Assembly (NCBI GenBank): GCA_943788915.1
Contig: CALSSD010000009.1
Span: 186,001 to 210,903 of the forward strand
Source of the DNA: an uncultured Acidimicrobiales bacterium
GTDB lineage: Bacteria; Actinomycetota; Acidimicrobiia; Acidimicrobiales; UBA10347
DNA: 24,903 nt
Direction of reading: 5' to 3'
Shown: piece after piece, positions 18,237 through 24,903 of the stretch
Layout: each line of letters opens with the position of its first letter
Position numbering within the stretch: the stretch's first letter is position 1
Position numbers and translations under genes: made by a program
Notes under the pieces: model-generated
What the model was told of the DNA's origin: nothing
Databases searched by the model: none
The model's input: only the letters and a program-made list of their open reading frames with translations

Positions 18237-19106
18237 CTAAGAATTGAGAGTTGCGGTACCGAGCGTGACCGAGCTCAGGTCATCACACACAATGATCTCG
18301 CCGGTGTATCCGCCATCTCGCAGGTCATCGGCAAAAAGCTGTCGATCAGCATCGGTGTTTGGTGCAGGGATCAGATGGGTCAGCATCACGGTTGGTATCG
18401 CTAGCTCTTGGGCTTGGGCCCCGATCTCTCGGGTGTCAGCGTGATAGTCCTTGATGTACCGCGAGTTCTCGGGCCGCTGCATGATGTGATCAAGACGCAT
18501 CGCCTCGTACACAATCACGTCGGCACCCGCCGAAAGCTCAGCCATCTCGTCACACACGATCGTGTCGCCAGAGATCACAACGACCCCGTCTGGTGTTTCC
18601 ACCCGATAACCAACAGCGCCTTCAACCGGTTCATGGCGCACCTGTCCTGCCAGCACCCGGACGTCGCCACTCGACCAGACTTCGGTCGGTGAGCCGGGCA
18701 CATCGAAACCGACTATCGCTGCCTTGGGTTCTGCCGGACGCCCACCGTGCAAACTTCGAACCGCCAGATCATTGTCCCAGATGCTGAACATACGATCGAC
18801 AAAGTCGGTGGTGTGCCCGTTCGGAGCCACGATGGGGATCGCCGACCACTCACCACCCCAATCCATGACCCAGTGGGTGAGCATCACATCGGTGAGACCC
18901 ACGACATGGTCGCTGTGATAGTGGGTGAGAAAGATCGCCGACAGCTCCGCCACGCCCACGTCCATCTGGACCAAACGATTGAGCGTCATCCGCCCGACAT
19001 CGAATTGCAGACGAACATCGCCGTACTGCACATGTGTGCCGGGGCCGGCTCTGTCCCTATGAGGAACTGGGGTGCCGGTTCCCGTCGTGGTGACGATCGT
19101 GGTCAT
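18237..19106 (-). CDS. MBL-fold hydrolase, RNase Z/AtsA-like
   Basis: TGTGTPVP..RAGP, FDVG, FLTHYHSDH (HxHxDH), VRHEPV, GYRVE, VISGDT, YHA, LTHLIP. Minus-strand TAGTCT (19118-19113) lies 6 nt before ATG 19106. Confidence 0.88.
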   Translation of the reverse strand: MTTIVTTTGTGTPVPHRDRAGPGTHVQYGDVRLQFDVGRMTLNRLVQMDVGVAELSAIFLTHYHSDHVVGLTDVMLTHWVMDWGGEWSAIPIVAPNGHTTDFVDRMFSIWDNDLAVRSLHGGRPAEPKAAIVGFDVPGSPTEVWSSGDVRVLAGQVRHEPVEGAVGYRVETPDGVVVISGDTIVCDEMAELSAGADVIVYEAMRLDHIMQRPENSRYIKDYHADTREIGAQAQELAIPTVMLTHLIPAPNTDADRQLFADDLRDGGYTGEIIVCDDLSSVTLGTATLNS

Positions 19107-19216
19107 CACCGAAGACTAGATGGCTCATGCCTAGCGTCGCGTCTCGGGCAGAAGAGGTCTGGCACTTCGCCAACTTCTACGGTGGTGGTCTGCCTTCTGA
19201 ATCTTGAGGAACCACC

Positions 19217-20017
19217 ATGCCAAGTCCCGTAGTAACTCTGACCGGAGGAGCAACCGGAATCGGTGCCGCAGTTGTCGACCAGTTACGTGAGCAGGATGCC
19301 ACTGTCTACGTACTCGACGTCGCCGACGCCCCCGAACGCGACGGAGTGCATACGATCCACTGTGATCTGGCGGATCCCGCGTCGATCGACGCAGCGGTCG
19401 GCCAATTGCCAGACAACATTGACGCCCATCTCAACGTCGCAGGTGTCGCTGGCCCAACGCCAGCTGACTGGGTGTTACGAGTCAATTTCCTTGGCATGCG
19501 CCACATCACCGAATCACTCTTTGATCGCATAACACCCGGAGGCAGCGTCGTCAACGTGTCCTCGAGCGCAGGTCGTCAATGGGCGAAACGTCGCCACGTG
19601 GTTGAGCCGATGGTCGACACCGTCGGCTTCGAAGCCGGACTCGAGTGGGCGATGGAGAACGAAGGCCGCTGGTCCCGCGACCCGTACACATTCTCGAAGC
19701 AGTGCGTCACCTTGTGGACGCTGAAGGCAGCCCAACGGGGCGCAACCGGCGCGGTTCGCGTCAACGCGGTGAGCCCTGGTGGAGTCGACACCCAGCTCAC
19801 CACCTCGTTCCGTGCACAAATGGGCGAGGAGTACAGCGACTGGCTTCGTTCATTTACCGACCGTGGCGCGCTCCCCCACGAACTCGCTGAGCCCATCGTG
19901 TGGTTGGCCATCGGCGACTGCCAGTGGGTGAACGGTGCCGATCTCATGGTGGACCGCGGCCTCGAAGCCGGGATGATCAGCGGCTGGGTCGATCTGGAGA
20001 ACGCACCCGGCAAGTGA
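19217..20017 (+). CDS. Short-chain dehydrogenase (coniferyl-alcohol / 3-alpha-hydroxysteroid dehydrogenase-like)
   Basis: TGGATGIG, NVAGV, VNFLG, NVSSSAG, YTFSK (YxxxK), RVNAVSPGGVDT, WVNGADLMVDRG; GAGGA RBS. Confidence 0.88.
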   Translation: MPSPVVTLTGGATGIGAAVVDQLREQDATVYVLDVADAPERDGVHTIHCDLADPASIDAAVGQLPDNIDAHLNVAGVAGPTPADWVLRVNFLGMRHITESLFDRITPGGSVVNVSSSAGRQWAKRRHVVEPMVDTVGFEAGLEWAMENEGRWSRDPYTFSKQCVTLWTLKAAQRGATGAVRVNAVSPGGVDTQLTTSFRAQMGEEYSDWLRSFTDRGALPHELAEPIVWLAIGDCQWVNGADLMVDRGLEAGMISGWVDLENAPGK

Positions 20018-20196
20018 ACGAATCTTGAGAGAAGCTGGGTGGCGACTAAAGGCCGCATCGGCACCATCTTCTTCTGCAAGAAGATGCGCCTCGCTCTCTC
20101 TGCGTCGGGTCAACACAGGCTGAAGGCGGCTTTGCCAACGTCAAGAATCACTCATGATGGCACCGTTTCGTTGAACGGAGGTGAGAGAATTGGAGT

Positions 20197-20760
20197 ATGA
20201 GCGACGTGTCCAGTGAGACCGGATCTGACAACCTAACCGAGACATCTCATGGCTGGTTGTCCGACGAAGATCTGCAGTCAACCCGGGCTCGGGTCCCCAT
20301 CGTCTATGTCGACGCCGTTCCCGTCAGGGTCGATGGTCTTGGCCAGGTGACCGAGATCGGCATGCTGCTGCGGCAGGCCGCCGACGGCACGCTCAGTCGC
20401 ATGGTTGTGTCGGGCCGTGTGTTGTTTGGTGAGTTGCTCCGTGAAGCGCTTGTCCGCCATTGCGAGAAGGACTTAGGCGAACTGGCGTTTCCCCGGGTGC
20501 CGCCGAATCCGAGCCCATTCACCGTGGTTGAGTATTTCCCCGACCCGGATCGATCAGGTTTTTATGACCCCCGCCATCATGCGGTGAGCATGGCCTATGT
20601 GGTGCCGATCGAGGGCGACTGCGAGCCAACACAGGAAGCACTCGACATGGAGTGGTACTCGCCCGAGGAAGCGGTCAGCCCCGAAGTCATCGCCGAGATG
20701 ACAGGTGGCCATGACCGACTGATTCGGCTTGCTTTGGCTCACGTCGGCCGGCTCCCCTAA
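20197..20760 (+). CDS. NUDIX-fold protein (DUF4916-like)
   Basis: GWLS..L...R.RVPIVYVDAVPVRVD, VSGRV..GE..REALVRH.EKDLG, PFTVVEYFP, DPRHHAVS.AYVVP. Confidence 0.8.
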   Translation: MSDVSSETGSDNLTETSHGWLSDEDLQSTRARVPIVYVDAVPVRVDGLGQVTEIGMLLRQAADGTLSRMVVSGRVLFGELLREALVRHCEKDLGELAFPRVPPNPSPFTVVEYFPDPDRSGFYDPRHHAVSMAYVVPIEGDCEPTQEALDMEWYSPEEAVSPEVIAEMTGGHDRLIRLALAHVGRLP

Positions 20761-20770
20761 ACATCTACCT

Positions 20771-21583
20771 ATGGAACTAAAAGCCACCGCGTACGGGGTA
20801 CGCAACCGTGTCGGGCTCATCACACTGAATCGCCCTCAGCGCGGCAATGCCTGGACCGGCCGCGTGGACACCGAATACCGCTGGTGTTTACAACAGGCCG
20901 AAGATGATCCTGCGGTTCGGGTCATTGTCGTGAATGGCGCAGGGAAACGATTCTGCGTGGGCGGCGACAGCCAAGCGCTCGAAGGCCATGTCGAACGAGG
21001 TGGCTACGACCGCGGCCTGAGCGACGAACAGGCCAACCCTGGCTACGGGCTGTACGAAGATTTTGATCGGCCGTTTGCCTCACACTTCGGTTTGAGTAAA
21101 CCCATCATCGCCGCGGTCCACGGGGCTGCGGCCGGTATTGGCTTAGCGCTCGTAGCGTTCTGCGACCTGCGCTTCGCTGCGGAGGGAACGAAGTTCACGA
21201 CCGCCCACGGCAAACTCGGCTTGCCCGCTGAGTACGGGCTGTCGTGGTTGCTGCCGAAGATCATGGGAACGACCCGGGCTATGGAACTGTTGCTGTCGTC
21301 GCGGGTATTCCTAGCCGACGAAGCGCTAGAGCTGGGCTTCCTGAACGAGGTCTGCACCGAAGAAGAGCTTCTCCCCCGGGTGCTCGCCTATGCCGAAGAA
21401 CTCGCCAGCTCTGTTGCACCCACCTCGTTGCAAGAGACGCGCCGCCAGGTGTACCTCGACATGCACCGACCGATCGGCGACTCGGTCACCGAGTCCATAC
21501 GGCTACTGAACGAGATGATGAGCACCGCCGAATACCGCCAGGGCGTGAAGGCCCTCGTCGACAAACAACCGCCCGGTTTTTAG
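20771..21583 (+). CDS. Enoyl-CoA hydratase/isomerase family protein
   Basis: ITLNRPQRGNAWT, FCVGGD, KPIIAAVHGAAAGIG, CDLRFAA, GLPAEYGLSWLLP. Confidence 0.9.
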   Translation: MELKATAYGVRNRVGLITLNRPQRGNAWTGRVDTEYRWCLQQAEDDPAVRVIVVNGAGKRFCVGGDSQALEGHVERGGYDRGLSDEQANPGYGLYEDFDRPFASHFGLSKPIIAAVHGAAAGIGLALVAFCDLRFAAEGTKFTTAHGKLGLPAEYGLSWLLPKIMGTTRAMELLLSSRVFLADEALELGFLNEVCTEEELLPRVLAYAEELASSVAPTSLQETRRQVYLDMHRPIGDSVTESIRLLNEMMSTAEYRQGVKALVDKQPPGF

Positions 21584-21641
21584 ACCTCGTTGCGCTAGAC
21601 CTCATTGCGCTAGACCTGTTGCGCTAGACCTGGTTGCGCTA
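21581..21641. repeat. 15-bp tandem repeat, 4 copies, filling a convergent intergenic gap
   Basis: TAGACCTCGTTGCGC, TAGACCTCATTGCGC, TAGACCTGTTGCGC (14 nt) and TAGACCTGGTTGCGC at 21581, 21596, 21611 and 21625. Confidence 0.9.
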
Positions 21642-22094
21642 CCACGACTCGATCACATCGGCGGCGAGTTCTCCCCACGCATCGCTGCCCTTAGCACCGC
21701 CGCCATTTCCTGCGGTTGCGATGAACAGACCGTTGGCCACATGTTCGATGAGCGGTGCGCTGGTGGGCGTGCGGGTGATCACGCACGGCGCTGTGTGTAC
21801 TGCCGTGAATGCGACATCGGGCCACAGTGCACGCAGCTGCGCTTCGAACATCGCCAGGAAGACCTGATCAGGGTCCGTCTCAAACCATCGCTGCACGTCC
21901 TCGAGCCGGGTGAAGAACACATCGTGCGTGGTGTTGGCCCCCATCTTGATGTAGTAGCAACCGTCGGGATACTGCACCGGCGGCACCATGTAGATACTTT
22001 CGAGGTCGCCGGGGTCGTTCATGAACTTCACCGTTGGATATTTGCCGAGTTGGGCAGCGTCGGCTGGCGTCACCTCGCCCAGAACAATCACTAC
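21639..22094 (-). pseudogene. 3' remnant of a FAD-dependent oxidoreductase (sarcosine oxidase / DAO-like)
   Basis: IYMVPPVQYPDG.YYIKMG, PCVITRT, GLFIATAGNGGGAKGSDAWGELAA resemble the family C-terminus. No N-terminal GxGxxG; the frame hits a stop at 22155-22157 inside element DNA. Confidence 0.75.
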
Positions 22095-22234
22095 TGGTGG
22101 ACCTGCCGTGGATATGCCAATGAATAGGCCAAACTTGTTGGAATAGTGCGGGATTTAGCCACCTTCACCAGTGACGCCTATTGACACGGTTTGACCCCTG
22201 TTTGCGGCTATGTTGTTGGACGGATGTTGGACGG
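22095..22234 (+). repeat. Candidate integrase arm-type binding repeats
   Basis: TGTTGGACGG at 22214 and 22225 (11-bp period); degenerate TGGTGGACCT at 22095 and CCGTGGATAT at 22106 (11-bp period); TGTTGGAATA at 22136. Confidence 0.55.
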
Positions 22235-22255
22235 GACAACCGGAAGGGCAACAAA

Positions 22256-23388
22256 ATGGGGTCAATACAACCGAAAGCACAAAGGCCGTGGCGGCAAGAA
22301 GGCCGGATGGCGGGCGCTCTATCGAGACAACGACGGCAAGCAACGATCCAAGTCGTTCGACCGTAAAGCCGACGCCGCTAAGTTCCTAGCCACCGTCGAA
22401 GCCGATCAACTACGTGGGACATATGTAGACCCACGGGCCGGGAAAATCACCCTTAACGAATATGCAGAAACGTTCATGGCCGCCCAGGTGTGGCGGGACG
22501 GGACACGGGCGAAAGCGCAAAGCCACATCGATAATCACATCGGCCCCGCACTAGGCAACCGGCAACTAGCCACGATCACCCGCACCGACGTGCAAGCGTT
22601 CGTTGCGTCGCTAACCGCCAAAGGACTGGCCCCGACGACAGTGCAAGGCATCCATGTTCGGCTTGTGTCCATCCTCGAAGCCGCCGTGCATGACGGCAAG
22701 ATCGTTCGCTCTCCCGCGATCAAGATCCAACTACCGACAGCCATCAAAACCGCAGCGTCACAGGTCGTAGCGCTGGACTTGGATGACGTGCGCAACATTG
22801 CCGACGCCGCACCGCCGCACATGACGGCGTTCGTGTGGTTGATCGCCACCGCTGGACTACGACCCGGCGAAGCCGCCGGGCTAACCGTCGAGCGTGTCAA
22901 CTTCCTACAAAAGACCATCGACGTGGACCGGCAACTATTAACACCACCGAAAGGGCACCGCATCTAGGCCCGACCAAGACCACGGCCAGTGTCCGAACGG
23001 TTCCGATCAACGACTCGTTGCTTGCCGAACTGAACCGGCACATGCGGACCACCGGCCGGTGGAGATCGAACCCGGCGCCACACTTATTTTCACCAACAGC
23101 GAAGGCCGGCCACTACGACGAGACACGCTGGCGAAGTCGTGGCGCAAGATACGAACGACCTAGAACTACCCGACGAAGCCCGTGGATGGCACTCACTACG
23201 CCACACCTACGCATCGGCTCTAATCCACGCCGGGCTATCGTGAAGACCGTGCAAGCACGTCTAGGCCACGCATCGGCCGTCGAAACGCTCGAGGTTTACA
23301 GCCACCTCTGGCCCGACTCGAGGACGACACCCGGGCCGCTATTGATGGTTGGTTATCGGCGCCGACAGCGGCCGCTGTGCGTGGCTGA
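22256..23388 (+). CDS. Tyrosine recombinase / phage integrase with several apparent frameshifts
   Basis: WRALYRD.DGKQRSKSFDRKADA (arm-binding), GTYVDPRAGKITL, GLRPGEAAGL (Arg), GPTKT..SVRTVP (Lys), LRHTYASALI across frames, VKTVQARLGHASAVETLEVYSHLWP (His, Tyr). Confidence 0.9.
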
Positions 23389-23507
23389 AAGAATGTGTGG
23401 TAGTCGCATTCACAGCGTGCTGTGCGCGCCTCCGACTAGGTTCGGGATTGTGTTGGCGAACTGACGAGATTCCAGGAAACGGCCCGCCCGTTTTCGACGA
23501 CGCTCCG

Positions 23508-24026
23508 ATGTCGCCAACGAACACGAATATTTGGACAACCTACGATGTGGACGCCGACCACAACCAAAAGTGTGACGACTACCGGCGCCTAGGCCGTAAC
23601 CGTGCCCGACGCCGCCGCCTAGAACGCACCATTGCAGGGTTTAGCTTCGATGAGTTTGAAGCGTGGCACGAACCCGGCGATTGGGTCACACCCGACGTTG
23701 TCGATGCGGCCCATCAAGCCGCCGACGCCATCGAAGCCGCTACCAACGCCGTGCAGGCCATGCAGACCGCTAGCGACGCCCTAGAGGCCATTAGCGCCGC
23801 CCGTGCAACCACCAGTGTTCCCGCTGGCAACGATCACCACGTCACGGTTGACCCGGTTGTGTCACCGATCACAACGAATGGGCCGAACGGCCGCCGGGGC
23901 CCCGCCAACACCACGTGTTGGAGCCTCGGCATTGACGTTCATAGGCAGCCGCCTAGCCGCCTAAAACGTCGATTCCTTAAAGGCAAGCGCCCCACCCCTC
24001 TCAACGGGTTAGGCGCAACCTCTTAG
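23508..24026 (+). CDS. Hypothetical element protein (boundaries uncertain)
   Basis: Open frame downstream of the integrase with an Ala-rich helical segment; no recognisable motif. Confidence 0.4.
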   Translation: MSPTNTNIWTTYDVDADHNQKCDDYRRLGRNRARRRRLERTIAGFSFDEFEAWHEPGDWVTPDVVDAAHQAADAIEAATNAVQAMQTASDALEAISAARATTSVPAGNDHHVTVDPVVSPITTNGPNGRRGPANTTCWSLGIDVHRQPPSRLKRRFLKGKRPTPLNGLGATS

Positions 24027-24034
24027 GAATCACA

Positions 24035-24231
24035 ATGGGAACAACCCCGGAAATCAACATCGATGACATCGACCCGCCGTATATAAGGCCGTAGTCGCTC
24101 ATCAAACCCGCAAAGCCATCACAGCCCGATGGGCAAGTCTGGATAAGGCGGAACGCTACGCAGCGACCCAGCCGGCACGAGACGCCCAGGCAGCAAAACG
24201 CGCTGCCAAGGCCGCACAAGCCGACTTCTGA
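24035..24231 (+). CDS. Small basic hypothetical protein, apparently frameshifted near 24090
   Basis: AGGA RBS and ATG 24035 (MGTTPEINIDDIDPP), continuing in another frame as AHQTRKAITARWASLDKAERYAATQPARDAQAAKRAAKAAQADF*. Confidence 0.35.
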
Positions 24232-24244
24232 ACGAAGGCGGCGA

Positions 24245-24481
24245 ATGATGCGGTTGCTTGACATCGGCGACGCCGCCGAACGCCTCGGCACCACCGAACG
24301 GCACATGCGGGCGCTAATCGCCAACCGCAAGATTGACTACATAAAAGTAGGGCGCCTAGTCCGCTTTGACCCGTCGGCGCTAGATGCGTGGATCAAGGCC
24401 CAAACCGTCACGGCGGGCGCCATGAAAAGCGATAGCCGACCCCGGCTAAGCCCGGAGCCATCACCCGCACCCAGATTCTAG
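24245..24481 (+). CDS. Excisionase-family HTH DNA-binding protein (true end probably near 24425)
   Basis: LLDIGDAAERLGTTERHMRALIANRKIDYIKVGRLVRFDPSALDAWI is a typical HTH_17/Xis pattern. Confidence 0.85.
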   Translation: MMRLLDIGDAAERLGTTERHMRALIANRKIDYIKVGRLVRFDPSALDAWIKAQTVTAGAMKSDSRPRLSPEPSPAPRF

Positions 24482-24499
24482 CGGCCAGCCCGCCGGCTC

Positions 24500-24903
24500 G
24501 CCAGAAACACTGGCCGAATGGGCACTCAAATATGCGGCCGCCGGTCTAGAGGTTTTTCCCGTCGACCCCGACACAAAAGCGCCAATCGGGGCGACCGAAG
24601 GCCCCAACGGCGAAACCATATGGATGGCCACCAAAGGCCACCGTCCGCCACCAGCGACCCCGCAACCATCACCGCTTGGTGGACGTTGCGACCGGATGCC
24701 CTAATCGGCGGCCGAATACCCAAAGACGTGGTGGTGCTCGATATCGACCCCCGCCACGACGGCCACGACACCTGGGACACCATCGTCGCCGGTCACGATC
24801 TACCGGTCACACGCCGTCACGCTTCCGGCCGCAACGACGGCGGTTTTCACATTTGGTTTCGGAACCCCGGCCTTGACCGCATCGACGCCGGCGACGGAAT
24901 AGA
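24500..24903 (+). CDS. Bifunctional DNA primase/polymerase (Prim-Pol) N-terminal domain; partial, frameshift near 24643, start uncertain (possibly ATG 24422)
   Basis: Not in the ORF track. Manual translation: LAEWALKYAAAGLEVFPV...KAP...KGH / ATSDPATITAWW...DALIG...VVVLDIDPRHDG...SGRNDGGFHIWF (DxD and His motifs). Confidence 0.85.

Larger units (their letters stand above)
22095..24903 (+). mobile_element. Left part of an integrative element (integrase - excisionase - primase/polymerase); satellite- or AICE-like, runs off the window
   Basis: Gene content; abrupt truncation of the neighbouring host gene; CTA/CTAG visibly more frequent than in host genes; candidate arm-type repeats. Confidence 0.85.

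Noticed and set aside
22140..22180. tRNA 3' fragment as att core
   Set aside because: The minus-strand AAATCCCGCACTATTCCA resemblance is weak and there is no GTTC T-loop.

Overview
GC-rich bacterial window, most likely Actinomycetota and probably Acidimicrobiia-like. The taxonomy is inferred from an actinobacterial LexA box, 20-bp-periodic ARG boxes, leaderless promoters and DUF222/DUF4916-type genes. Left to right: argJ-argC (minus strand, ArgR boxes); a putative lipoprotein; an isopenicillin-N-synthase-like 2OG-Fe(II) oxygenase; a 103-bp tandem hairpin repeat; pheS-pheT; a LexA-controlled DUF222-HNH gene; an FGGY kinase and a MOSC-like gene. The centre holds the most interesting locus: a PaaX-family regulator 9 bp upstream of a cytoplasmic cobalamin/Fe-S reductive dehalogenase (NpRdhA type), divergent from boxC-boxB (aerobic benzoyl-CoA epoxidation) with no boxA in view. 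These are followed by an internally deleted AhpD/CMD-like gene, an MBL-fold hydrolase, an SDR, a NUDIX protein and an enoyl-CoA hydratase. The window ends with a 5'-truncated FAD oxidoreductase abutting an integrative element (tyrosine integrase, excisionase, primase-polymerase). Several genes, including essential pheS, carry single-base frameshifts that are probably sequencing errors. All protein assignments come from motif recognition and recalled family knowledge; no searches were run.
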